A DNA stretch of 64,000 bases from an uncultured bacterium. GTDB taxonomy: Bacteria > Acidobacteriota > Thermoanaerobaculia > Multivoradales > JAHZIX01. Positions 33,523 to 43,200 of this stretch are shown in pieces. The position numbers and the translations under genes are program-made. The stretch is from NCBI GenBank assembly GCA_965368975.1, contig CBDUPA010000002.1, positions 192,001-256,000 of the forward strand. The letters are read 5' to 3'. The notes under the pieces were generated by a model. It ran no database searches, was not told where the DNA came from, and saw nothing but the letters and a program-made list of their open reading frames with translations. The number at the start of each line of letters is the position of its first letter. Position 1 is the first letter of the stretch.

Positions 33523-34113
33523 GTGAAGCGGTCGAGCACTGAACGCAAGCCCCGAGTCGCAGCAAAGATCCTGGTCGCCCTGTGCGCCTGCCTGAGCCTG
33601 GCGGCGCTGCCGTCGGCGGTTCAAGCGCAAGATCTCTACACTTATGGCGTCGGCGTCTTCGGTGGCTTCGGCGGCTCCTTCGACGTCAACCCCGACGCCG
33701 GCCTCGACAACATCAGCCTGCAGGCCAGCTTCTCGATGCTCACCGAGCGCCGCACCCTGGTCAGCTTGCGCGTCGGTAGCATCGACTTCAGCGGCGACTC
33801 CGGAAAGAACGGCTTCGACGTCTTCAGCGAAGCGGACCTCACCTACCTCACGGTCGCCGGTGAGTACCGGGTGCGCCGCGCCTACTACGATTCCGGCCTC
33901 TTCCTCGGCCTCGGCGGCTACCGTCTGGAGGGCACCCTCCCGGGCGGCGGCACAGACGACGAGACCGCCCTCGGCTTTACGGCCGGTGTCACCGGCGAGT
34001 TCCCGATCAACTCGCGCTTCAGCGTCCAGGTCGAGTTCGCCGGCCACTTCGCGAACCTCGACACCGCACAGTTCTTCGGCACCGGACATTTCGGCCTCGT
34101 CTGGCACTTCTAA
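33523..34113 (+). CDS. Outer membrane beta-barrel protein (8-strand type)
   Basis: Signal peptide AVQA, alternating aromatic/Gly strands, C-terminal LVWHF. Confidence 0.8.
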   Translation: MKRSSTERKPRVAAKILVALCACLSLAALPSAVQAQDLYTYGVGVFGGFGGSFDVNPDAGLDNISLQASFSMLTERRTLVSLRVGSIDFSGDSGKNGFDVFSEADLTYLTVAGEYRVRRAYYDSGLFLGLGGYRLEGTLPGGGTDDETALGFTAGVTGEFPINSRFSVQVEFAGHFANLDTAQFFGTGHFGLVWHF

Positions 34114-34155
34114 CTCGTCTGACACTTCTAGAGGCAGGGCCGGCCGAAGACCTCC

Positions 34156-34821
34156 TCAGAGGTCGACCGACATCACCCTCTCTCCGGCCGCCACGCGCCG
34201 GATGACGTCGTCGAGCATGGCCCGGATACGCGCGTTGTCCCAGTCCGTCGCGCCGATGAAGCGATCCACCACCTGCCCGTCGAAGCGCAGCGCGATCTTC
34301 TGCCCGTCGACCAGCAGATAGGTTTCCGGCAGCTTTTCCGTGCCGTAGCGGTTGGCCACGTCCCAATCCGGATCGTGCAGCACCGCGAACGCTCGGTCAC
34401 CCACGAAGTCGCCCACCGCCTCCACGTCGTCGTCGACAGCCACCATCATGATCTGGAAGCCTGGCTTGCCGTTGAAATCATCGGCCAGTCGCTGCAGCGC
34501 CGGGATCTCGGTGATGCACGGCGGGCACCAGGTGGCCCAGAAGTGCAGCAGCGTGATCTGCGTCATGTGCTCGCCAAGTTTGGTCGGCCGTCCCTGCGCG
34601 TCCAGCACTGATCCTCCCGGCTTGAACCCCTCTTCTCCCTTCGGCATCAGCAAAGCCGCCAGCGTGAAGACGACGGCCAGGACGAATAGCAGCTTTCCCT
34701 GCCACCCCATTCCCCGCCCCTCGTCCTTCGGCGCCTGCGGCGCATAGTCCGCCGGCCGCGGCAAGGCGTCCAATTCAGTGGCTTCATCAGTCGGAGTTTC
34801 CTTCGGCGTCTCAGTGCTCAT
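34156..34821 (-). CDS. TlpA/ResA-family thiol-disulfide oxidoreductase
   Basis: TM anchor; HFWATWCPPC; LPETYL. Confidence 0.9.
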   Translation of the reverse strand: MSTETPKETPTDEATELDALPRPADYAPQAPKDEGRGMGWQGKLLFVLAVVFTLAALLMPKGEEGFKPGGSVLDAQGRPTKLGEHMTQITLLHFWATWCPPCITEIPALQRLADDFNGKPGFQIMMVAVDDDVEAVGDFVGDRAFAVLHDPDWDVANRYGTEKLPETYLLVDGQKIALRFDGQVVDRFIGATDWDNARIRAMLDDVIRRVAAGERVMSVDL

Positions 34822-34861
34822 GTCGGGATTGTATCCTTGTCACGAATCTCTCTGCACACCG

Positions 34862-34890
34862 TTGACACGTCTCGAATGTCTCGCTAGACT
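34862..34890 (+). promoter_or_regulatory. Sigma-70 promoter for tRNA-Ala
   Basis: TTGACA-N17-TAGACT. Confidence 0.7.
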
Positions 34891-34957
34891 CCCGGTTCCG
34901 GCGCGGGAATTCGTCGCGCCCACTGTCCACAAGACAGAAGCTGGTTTGACAAAACGT

Positions 34958-35033
<76 letters not shown>

Positions 35034-35078
35034 ATCTTCTCGGGTCGCTCCAGAACCCGGGACAGTCAACATCACCGC

Positions 35079-35110
35079 ACGCCGCCTTCAGGGCGGCGTT
35101 TGGCGTTTTG
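35079..35110 (+). terminator. Terminator-like hairpin after tRNA
   Basis: ACGCCGCC-TTCAG-GGCGGCGT followed by T-rich tract. Confidence 0.55.
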
Positions 35111-35133
35111 GTTACTCTTCACCAAGGATCTGC

Positions 35134-35625
35134 ATGAACCCACAAATCCGTCCCGTCGCCGACATGTACCGGTTCAACACGCACTGCGTGCGTCGCGCGC
35201 TGGCCGATCTGACCGCCGACCAAGCCGGCCATCGGTGGCGACAGGGCGAGGGGAGTTCCATCGCATTCTTGGTCGGACATCTGCTGTCTTCACGCTGTGG
35301 ACTTCTCAAGCGCTTCGACGCACGCCAAGATAACCCTTGGGCAGACGACTTCGGCAGCCAGGCTCAACCCAAAGACATTCAGGAGTATCCGTCGTTCGAA
35401 CAACTGGTCCGCGACTGGGACGATGTTGCAGCACAACTGGACACACTGCTGGCCGGATTCGACGATGCGACTCTCGAAGCACCAGCGGACGGCTTCCCAA
35501 TCGCCGACCAGACGGCGCGCGGTGCCCTGATGTTCCTGGCCTGGCACGAGACCTACCATGTCGGTCAGATCGGCCTGATGCGGACTGAGTTGGATCTGCC
35601 CGCGATAAAGGACATCGCTTCCTGA
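35134..35625 (+). CDS. DinB-family protein
   Basis: SIAFLVGHL, HETYHVGQI. Confidence 0.85.
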   Translation: MNPQIRPVADMYRFNTHCVRRALADLTADQAGHRWRQGEGSSIAFLVGHLLSSRCGLLKRFDARQDNPWADDFGSQAQPKDIQEYPSFEQLVRDWDDVAAQLDTLLAGFDDATLEAPADGFPIADQTARGALMFLAWHETYHVGQIGLMRTELDLPAIKDIAS

Positions 35626-35633
35626 CAGAGCGA

Positions 35634-35852
35634 GAGGCCGCTCTGCGCGAGGCCGGGAGCAGTATGGCGGAGGTGGTGCGGGTGCACTACATCTTCCCGG
35701 ATCGTCGCGACTTCGAGCCGTGCTGGCCAGTATTGAACAAGTACTTCGGAGATATTCGGCCCGCCGCGACCTTCTTCGTTGCAGGGCTGCACGACGAACG
35801 GATGAAGCTGGAGGTCGAGGTGACGGCTGCTTTGCGAAACCCGTCACTATAG
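35634..35852 (+). pseudogene. 3' half of RidA/YjgF-family gene
   Basis: EAALREAGSSMAEVVRV..FGDIRPAAT..GL..MKLEVEVTA; N-terminal half absent. Confidence 0.75.
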
Positions 35853-35934
35853 AGGCCGACTAGAGGAGGCACAGGGTCCTTGCTCAGTGGCACGAGTCGA
35901 TGCTTCGGCCTTCGTAGTATGCTGATCGCACCTC

Positions 35935-36276
35935 ATGGCCGATCAGCACGAGATCTCCGTCGCGGGGCTGAGCTATCGCTATCCGGGAGGTGAGAAGCTC
36001 GCCATCGATTGCCTGGACTTCGACGTCCAGAAGGGTGAGATCTTCGGCTTTCTCGGTCCCAGCGGATCAGGGAAGACGACGACGTAGAGGGTGCTGATCG
36101 GCTTGCTTGGCAACTATGAGGGGAACGTATCCGTCTTTGGACGCGATCTGACCTCGTGGAAAGGTGACCTCTACGAGCGCATCGGCTGCCCCTTCGAGCT
36201 ACCGACGACTGCACTCGCAGGAAAAGCTACTCTGGAAGAGGTCTTCCTGCAGGTGACGGGTCGGAGTCTGTCTTGA
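35935..36276 (+). pseudogene. ABC transporter ATP-binding relic (nonsense + internal deletion)
   Basis: [17 protein letters not shown] then TAG at 36085; continues ..YERIG.PFELP then jumps to C-terminal ATLEEVFLQVTG; no signature motif or Walker B. Confidence 0.85.
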
Positions 36277-36491
36277 GGCGCCTGGCCTCAACACTGACCT
36301 GGGACATTCGAGTGCAGTGGCAGCTCGTGATGGGGCTGCTGCCAACCTACTGGCCTGCCAAGGCGTTCTGGATGTATGCCGTCGACGAGTCAGGCGCACC
36401 GCTCTTCCTCGCCGTCGGCTGGATCTACCAGGCTTTGCTGCTGCGCCTCCTCTTGGGCCGTGTCGCGCGATCTCTGGCGAGTAAGAGCTGA
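36273..36491 (+). pseudogene. ABC permease relic (N-terminus fused to a C-terminus)
   Basis: MRRLASTLTWDIRVQW joined to GLLPTYWPAKAFW..; only 72 aa; coupled to ATPase relic. Confidence 0.65.
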
Positions 36492-36584
36492 TCCATGGCC
36501 CCAGGGCCTACCGAGCTGAGACACGACGTATCCCGCCTCCGTCCACCTCACCCACTCGACGACCGCGTTGCACGCAGCGGAACC

Positions 36585-37286
36585 TCAGAACGGATTGGTC
36601 GCAAAGACCGAGAACTCGGGAATGAAACCCCGATCGTCGATCTCGAGCGCCCCGACGATGGCGTCGGCGATCTCCTGAGCACGCAGCTTCTTGGGTGAGG
36701 GTTCCTGCTGGTAGCCCGCCTTGGCGCCAAACTCGGTCAGCACTTCACTCGGATTGACCAGCATGACGCGCACGTTGTGCCGCCGTAGCTCGTCGCGCCA
36801 GCATTCCGTCATGCCGCGCAGGGCGAATTTCGACGACGAATACGCCGTGGCGCTACGTCCGCCCTTGAGACCCGAGGTCGAGGAGATGTTGATCAGGTTG
36901 CCCGACTGCTGATCGACGAAGACCTTGGCCGCTTCGCGCGCCATCAAGAAGGCCCCGAAGACGTTGGTGCGGTAGACCGCCTCGAGATCGGACAGTTCCA
37001 TCTCGACCAGCGGGGCGAAGCGTCCGAAACCGGCGTTGTTGACCAGGATATCGAGGCGGCCGTGCTGGTCGACGAAATCACGGACCGTCCGGACCGCGTC
37101 CTTTTCGTCGCCTACGTCACCCGCGGCCCAGCCGACTCCGATCTCGTCCGCTGCTGCCTCGAGGGCGTCCGCCCGTCGACCCGTGATGACGACATCCGCT
37201 CCTTTGCTCTTGAAAGCGGCGGCGACTGCCTTGCCGATTCCTTCACTGCCACCGGTGACGAGAGCTTTGGCTCCTTGCAAGTGCAT
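36585..37286 (-). CDS. Short-chain dehydrogenase/reductase
   Basis: TGGSEGIG, NNAG, YSSSK; AAGGAG RBS before ATG 37286. Confidence 0.93.
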   Translation of the reverse strand: MHLQGAKALVTGGSEGIGKAVAAAFKSKGADVVITGRRADALEAAADEIGVGWAAGDVGDEKDAVRTVRDFVDQHGRLDILVNNAGFGRFAPLVEMELSDLEAVYRTNVFGAFLMAREAAKVFVDQQSGNLINISSTSGLKGGRSATAYSSSKFALRGMTECWRDELRRHNVRVMLVNPSEVLTEFGAKAGYQQEPSPKKLRAQEIADAIVGALEIDDRGFIPEFSVFATNPF

Positions 37287-37612
37287 GGTGAACACTCCTT
37301 TCAGCGTTTCGACGTTCTCGGTGATATGGATCGGTAGGGTACCGCCCGAGAGACCCACAAGACAAGCCACAATCCGGAGGCTGAGCAACCCCACCCCAAG
37401 AGATTGGGACAGAACCCACTAGGAGGGTATGGCCCTGCTTGCCGGGTCTGTATAGAAAGAGGAGAGGACTCCGTGATGGGCCGAAGTTCCCTTAGGAAAT
37501 CAGGAACTCTCATGGACATTCGACAGGATAGCGATGGACCTGAGTTTCAACTCATCCGACGAGCAAAGGTGACGCCACACAAGCCAACTTGGAACTGGCA
37601 AGGAGGTTTACC

Positions 37613-38293
37613 ATGCTCAGCACCAACGCTCGACTCTCGTGTTGCTGCCTTGCGCTGCTGCTCGCCACGAGCATCTTGCAAGCGCCACTACCCGCGCAGG
37701 AAATCACTGTCCAAAAACCCACTGTAGCGACAGGTAGCCATCTCATCGCACCGGGAACGGTGGATCTGCAGTTTCACCGCCCCCTGGAGTTTCTCCAGCC
37801 TGAATTGAAACCGCTTTCCGTGCCCTGCTACACGAGTCTCCTGTGGGAATCCCGCTTCGACTCAGACTTCGAGTTTCACTACCGGTGGGCCTGGCAGCAG
37901 AAAAAGAACGGTGACCGGCATCTCCTGGTGTCGCGACTGAACCAGAACATCGATGAAGTGATCCGGTGTCTCTCGAAAGAAGTAGAGAAAGGGGCCAATC
38001 TCGAGGCCATCACCAGGGCCTGGGCCGTCATCTACGGCAACATGAGCGTAGGTCTGGTGGAGTACATCGCACGATACAACCTCGCGGATGATCTGGGCTT
38101 GAGCGAGACTCAGGCTTCCACGAACTTCCTCGAACACTATCAGTGGGCGGAAGATGCTCCTCTGAGTCGTTCGGCCCGAGAACTCAAAGCCAAGGTGTCC
38201 AAGGTCATCGGCTCCGAGAAGCTCGGCTTTGTGGACTGGCTGTACGCTCGCTCCATGATGGAGATGGTGATGAAGCTCAGCATGGGGCGGTAG
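37613..38293 (+). CDS. Secreted hypothetical protein (orphan-like)
   Basis: AGGAGG RBS, signal peptide LPA-Q, helical body. Confidence 0.7.
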   Translation: MLSTNARLSCCCLALLLATSILQAPLPAQEITVQKPTVATGSHLIAPGTVDLQFHRPLEFLQPELKPLSVPCYTSLLWESRFDSDFEFHYRWAWQQKKNGDRHLLVSRLNQNIDEVIRCLSKEVEKGANLEAITRAWAVIYGNMSVGLVEYIARYNLADDLGLSETQASTNFLEHYQWAEDAPLSRSARELKAKVSKVIGSEKLGFVDWLYARSMMEMVMKLSMGR

Positions 38294-38317
38294 CCGGCGA
38301 CCTGTCCTGACTCTTTC

Positions 38318-38364
38318 AAGCACACGAATTCACCCAAAGCACACGAACTCACCCAAAACACACG
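38318..38364 (+). repeat. 19-bp tandem repeat x2.5
   Basis: AAGCACACGAATTCACCCA / AAGCACACGAACTCACCCA / AAACACACG. Confidence 0.75.
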
Positions 38365-38392
38365 GGGCGGAGCCTGTTGAAGGCTCCGCCCC
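38364..38392. terminator. Hairpin between convergent genes
   Basis: GGGGCGGAGCCT-GTTGA-AGGCTCCGCCCC. Confidence 0.7.
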
Positions 38393-38413
38393 GATTCAAC
38401 TTTCTGAGCTGTT

Positions 38414-38743
38414 TCAGCAGGTCCAGGTGGTACCGACGCAGGTGCACTCGACCTTCGCCCAGCTGCTTCCGGAAGTATCGATGCAACCACGCGACTGCCC
38501 CGGAGTCTCGCAGTAGTCGCCGCAGTGCGGAATCGGGAACGGCAGGGCAAACTGGAGCGTCTCCTGCTCGACGCCGATGGCGCTCTGCTGGCAGGTGTCA
38601 GCTTCCTGGGTCTCTGGGGTCGTCACGACGTCCGGCTCGAGCAGATCGGCCGTTGCGGGGGCGTCGGGCGCCTGGGCACTGGCGAGCAACGGTAGGGCCA
38701 GCAGCGGCAGAGCGAACAGGACGACGAATGCGATTCTCCTCAT
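38414..38743 (-). CDS. Small secreted pre-pro-protein with 6-Cys C-terminal domain
   Basis: AGGAGG RBS; signal ASA-Q; acidic pro-region; CGDYC..C..CTC..C. Confidence 0.75.
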   Translation of the reverse strand: MRRIAFVVLFALPLLALPLLASAQAPDAPATADLLEPDVVTTPETQEADTCQQSAIGVEQETLQFALPFPIPHCGDYCETPGQSRGCIDTSGSSWAKVECTCVGTTWTC

Positions 38744-38841
38744 GGGAAACCTCCTAGTGGTTATCGATGATGGAGTGCACATTACCATGCTCCGCATTCT
38801 TCAACTGCGTTAGGAAGATGTGTTTCAGTGCCGAGTTCTCG

Positions 38842-39255
38842 TCAATGCCAGAGTCCGAAGACGGCGCCGATCAGCGTGAAGACCAGCGTGTGATAGCCAG
38901 CGTTGATCGCCCACAGCTTGAAGCTGCGACGCTCGAACAGGTCGTTGACGCCGAACGAGAAGCCGACCCAGAACAGGCCTGCGGCGAAGCCGGCTCCGGC
39001 GGCGAAGGGGAGCGCGGGAGCGGGGCCGAGGAACATGCCGAAGACCCAGGCGGCGGCGAAGAGCAGGACGAAGGAGATGCCGAAGATCTTCGCCGGATTG
39101 CCGGCGGCGAGCTGTTCGTCGCTGAGGCCGGCCTCGCGCTGCCAGGGCTTGGCGAAGAGGGCCGGGGAGTACCAGAGGCCACCGAGTACGAAGGGCACGA
39201 AGGCGGCGACCAGGGTCTGGAGCAGAGGCGGGAAGTACGGAGCTGCGGTTTCCAT
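38842..39255 (-). CDS. DUF1761-like membrane protein
   Basis: LGGLWYSPALFAKPW, LFERRSFKLWAINAGY. Confidence 0.85.
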   Translation of the reverse strand: METAAPYFPPLLQTLVAAFVPFVLGGLWYSPALFAKPWQREAGLSDEQLAAGNPAKIFGISFVLLFAAAWVFGMFLGPAPALPFAAGAGFAAGLFWVGFSFGVNDLFERRSFKLWAINAGYHTLVFTLIGAVFGLWH

Positions 39256-39339
39256 GGATGAATCTCCTCTTGGGTTGTGTGAGGAGCATCCTAGGCAGGT
39301 GGTGCGAGACTGTCTTGGAAAAAATGGAACTCTGGTGCC

Positions 39340-40266
39340 TCACTCTGCTGGAGCAGGGGGCGCTGGAGCGGGAGTCGCGAGCAGCGGCTCCTCGGAAACG
39401 AGGCTGAAGTCGTCGGGGGCGAGGCGCCGCGAGAGTTCAGTGGGGGTGACGCCCGCGAGTTCGCGGAAGTCGCGCACCAGGTGGGCTTGGTCGAAGTAGC
39501 CCCGGTCCACCGCGACGTCGGCCCAGCTGGCGGGGCGGGGACGACGCAGGTTCTCGACAGTGGCAACGAAGCGCACGATGCGAGCGAAGGCCTTGGGCGC
39601 CAGACCCACATCTTCCTGGAAGCGGCGCGAAAAGTAGCGGTGCGAGAAGCCGGACTCGCGCACCAGGTCACGGATGGCGACACGCCCCTGGCTGCGCTCG
39701 ATCGCGGCAATGGCGTGGCGCACCTCACCGCGTACTGCGTGGCCAGCCGCCAGTCGTCGCTCGACGTCATCGACCAGCAGCAGCAGGCGGCCACGCAGGG
39801 TGGGTTCCGCGAGCAAGCGATCGCGAAGGTCGTCGGCGCTGGGTCCGAGCAGTTCGCTCAGCGCGACCACGTGGCCGCGAATCTCGGTCGGCGGCAGGCC
39901 GAGGTAGGGCAGCACACCTTGAGGCTGCAGGCGGATCGCCGCCATGCCGGCTTGACCATCCGATTCGACGTCGAGCGGTCGCTGTTGCAGTCCGGAGATC
40001 CAGGACGTCTCGAAGGTCTCGACGCTACCGTCGTTCCCGAACAGCTGGCCCGGCTCGCCGAGGGTGAAGAGCACTTCGGTGGACGAGCGTGGCAGGATGA
40101 TCGAACGCGCGTCGGCGCCGTGGAGGTCGGCGACCCAGAACATCTCCACGACCTCGGCCAGGGGGCCGGAGGGAAAGGCGGCGGCCCAGCTCCAGCACCC
40201 GAGCGGGGAGTCGACCTCGATCGACTCGAAGCGCAGCTCAGAGACCGGAGCCGTGGCCAACCGCAT
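39340..40266 (-). CDS. AraC-family regulator (DUF6597-type)
   Basis: FSRRFQEDVGLAPKAFARIVRF, GYFDQAHLVRDFRELAGVTP. Confidence 0.9.
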   Translation of the reverse strand: MRLATAPVSELRFESIEVDSPLGCWSWAAAFPSGPLAEVVEMFWVADLHGADARSIILPRSSTEVLFTLGEPGQLFGNDGSVETFETSWISGLQQRPLDVESDGQAGMAAIRLQPQGVLPYLGLPPTEIRGHVVALSELLGPSADDLRDRLLAEPTLRGRLLLLVDDVERRLAAGHAVRGEVRHAIAAIERSQGRVAIRDLVRESGFSHRYFSRRFQEDVGLAPKAFARIVRFVATVENLRRPRPASWADVAVDRGYFDQAHLVRDFRELAGVTPTELSRRLAPDDFSLVSEEPLLATPAPAPPAPAE

Positions 40267-40277
40267 GGGCAACGGCG

Positions 40278-43200
40278 TTACTCCAGGCGCACCAGGAGAT
40301 CGTCGGTGTCGACGGAGTCGCCCTCACTCACCAACACTTCCTTGATGACACCATCGGTACCGGCACCGATGCTGGTCAACATCTTCATGGCTTCCAGCGT
40401 CACTAACTTGTCGCCCTTGCTCACCCGCGTGCCAACGCTGGTGGTGATCTCGGTCACCATGCCGGGCATCTGCGCGATGGCGTGCTTGGGATCGGAGGCG
40501 TCCCCCTTCGGACGCGCCTTCTTGGTCACGGCGAGGGAGCGGTCGCGGATCACCGCTTCGCGCGGCATGCCGTTGAGCTCGAAGAACAGCTTGCGCTGGC
40601 CCTCCTCGTTGGGCTCACCGATCGACAGCAACTTGATGAACAGCACCTTGCCGGGATCGATCTCGACCGAGATCTCCTCGCCCGGTTGCATGCCGTAGAA
40701 GAAGGCCGGCGAGGGCAGAACAGCGAGATCGTCGTACTCGGCGCGCGACTTCTGGAAGTCGGCGAAGACCTTGGGATACATGAGGTGACTGTAGAGGTTG
40801 TCCTCGCTGCCGAACTCTGCGAGCTTGGCCTCGAGATCCACCGGCGGTGCGAGCGCCCCCGGACGCTGGGTGGTCGCTTCGCGGTCGACCAGCACCACTC
40901 TCTGCAGCTCGGGAGGCCAACCACCCGGAGGCTGGCCCAGGTCGCCCGCGAGCATGCCGATGACACTCTCGGGAAAGTCGATGGCGCCGGGCGCCAGCCG
41001 GGTCACGTCGGCGGCCTTGATGCCACGACTGACCAGGAACAGCGCCATGTCGCCAACAACCTTGGAACTCGGCGTCACCTTGACGATGTCGCCGAAGAGA
41101 TCGTTCACCTCGCTGTAGCAGCGGGCGACTTCAGGCCAGCGTTCCCCCAAGCCCAGCGCCCGCGCCTGCTCCTTGAGGTTCGTGTACTGCCCGCCCGGCA
41201 TTTCGTGGTCGTAGACCTTGCCGCTCCCTGCACGCGGTGCGCCGTAGAAGGGCTGGTAGAAGCGCAGCACCTCTTCCCAATAGTCGCTGAACTCGTTGAG
41301 CGTTTGCAGGTTGAGGCCGGTGTCGCGCTCGTGCCCTTCGAGAGCCGCAACCACCGAGTTGAGGTTGGGCTGACTGGTGGAACCCGACATGCTGGAGACA
41401 GCGAGGTCGACGATGTCGACACCCGCTTCCGCGGCTTGCAGGATGGACGCCGAGTTGACGCCCGACGAGTCGTGGGTGTGAAAGTGGATCGGGATGCCAA
41501 CCTCGTCCTTGAGCGCCGACACCAGGCGTCGCGCGGCGAACGGCCGGCAGAGGCCGGACATGTCCTTGATCGCCAGGATGTGCGCCCCCATCTTCTCGAG
41601 CTCTTTGGCCATCTCGACGTAGTAGCCGAGCGAGTACTTGTCGCGCTCGGGATCGTCGATGTTGCCGGTATAGCAGAGCGCAGCTTCACAGACGGCGTCG
41701 GTATCTTCGACCACCGACTTCATCGCCACCTCGAGGTTGGGCAGATAGTTCAGGCTGTCGAAGATGCGGAAGATATCCATTCCGGAGGCTGCCGCGTGGC
41801 GCACGAAGCCAGCGACGACGTTGTCCGGATAGCTCGAGTACCCGACCGCGTTGGAGCCGCGGAAGAGCATCTGGAAGCAGATGTTGGGAATCTTGGCGCG
41901 CAGATCACGCAGGCGCTGCCACGGATCTTCGAACAGGAAGCGTAGCGCGCTGTCGAAGGTGGCGCCGCCCCACATCTCGAGGCTGAACAGTTCAGGCGTA
42001 CGCTGCGCGATGGCGTCGGCGATGGCGAGCATGTCGTGACTGCGCATGCGCGTGGCGATCAGACTCTGGTGAGCGTCGCGCAGGGTGGTGTCGGTGACCA
42101 GCAGGCGCTGCTGCCGAGAGATCCACTCGGCGAAGCGAGCTGGGCCGAGTTCCTGCAAGACCTGCCGGCTGCCGGGCGCCGGATCGCGACGCGGCTCGAA
42201 GTGCGGCAGGCGTGCGGACTCGAGCACTTCGGCGGGGCGCCAACTCTTGGCGTGCGCATTGCCGTTGACGGTGATGTCGCTGAGATAGGCCAGCAGCTTG
42301 GTGGCTCGATCGCGACGCGGCTTGTACTCCAGCAGGCTGGGTGTCTCGTCGATCAGCTTCGTGTGGGCCTGGCCGCTGTTGAAGGTCGGATCCTGGATCA
42401 AGTTCTCCAGGAAGGGAATGTTCGTCTTGACACCGCGGATGCGAAACTCCCGCAACGCCCGGTACATGCGCTGGTTGGCACCGCGGAAACTGCTGGCCCA
42501 GGCCGTCACCTTGACCAGCATGGAGTCGTAGAACGGCGTGATCTCGCTGCCGGCGTCGCCGGAGCCGGCATCGAGACGAATGCCGAAGCCGGCCGCCGAG
42601 CGGTAGCTGGTGATGCGGCCGTAGTCGGGCGCGAAGTTCTTTTCCGGATCTTCGGTGGTGATGCGGCACTGGATGGCGAAACCGTTGCGCGGGATCTGCT
42701 CTTGCGCCGGGATCTGGACTTCCTTGCCGTGCAGCTCGAAGCCCTTGGACACCAGGATCTGCGAGCGCACGATGTCGATGCCGGTGATCTGCTCGCTGAC
42801 CGTGTGCTCGACCTGGATACGCGGGTTCATCTCGATGAAGAACCAGTCGCGACGCTCCATGTCGTACAGGAACTCGACGGTGCCGGCGTTGTCGTAGCCG
42901 GCTTCCTTGGCCAGCGCGACGGCGGCGGCGCACAAGTCGCGGATCACCTCGGGTTCGAAGTCGACGCTGGGCGCGATCTCGACGATCTTCTGGTAGCGCC
43001 GCTGCACCGAGCAGTCGCGCTCGTGCAGGTGCACCACGTTGCCGTGGCTGTCACCCAAGATCTGCACTTCGAGGTGCTTGGCGCGCCGGATGTAGCGCTC
43101 GAGGAAGACAGCCGGATTGCCGAAGGAACGCTCGGCCTCCTCCTGGGCGTCGACGAGCATGCGCTCAATATCGGCGGCGTTCTCGACCACCCGCATGCCG

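Noticed and set aside
36085-36087. In-frame TAG in ABC ATPase as pyrrolysine or recoded stop
   Set aside because: The gene also lacks its signature motif and Walker B, and TAG serves as a normal stop elsewhere in the window; simple pseudogene.
37404-37727. ORF or structured RNA between the SDR and the secreted gene
   Set aside because: ORF overlaps the better-supported 37613 gene and has no motifs; only short hairpins.
38207-38215. ATCGGCTCC match to the tRNA-Ala 3' end as attR
   Set aside because: Only about 9 nt, inside a CDS; expected by chance.
38318-38392. Tandem repeat plus hairpin as a mini-CRISPR
   Set aside because: Units are contiguous with no spacers, only 2.5 copies, and no cas genes.
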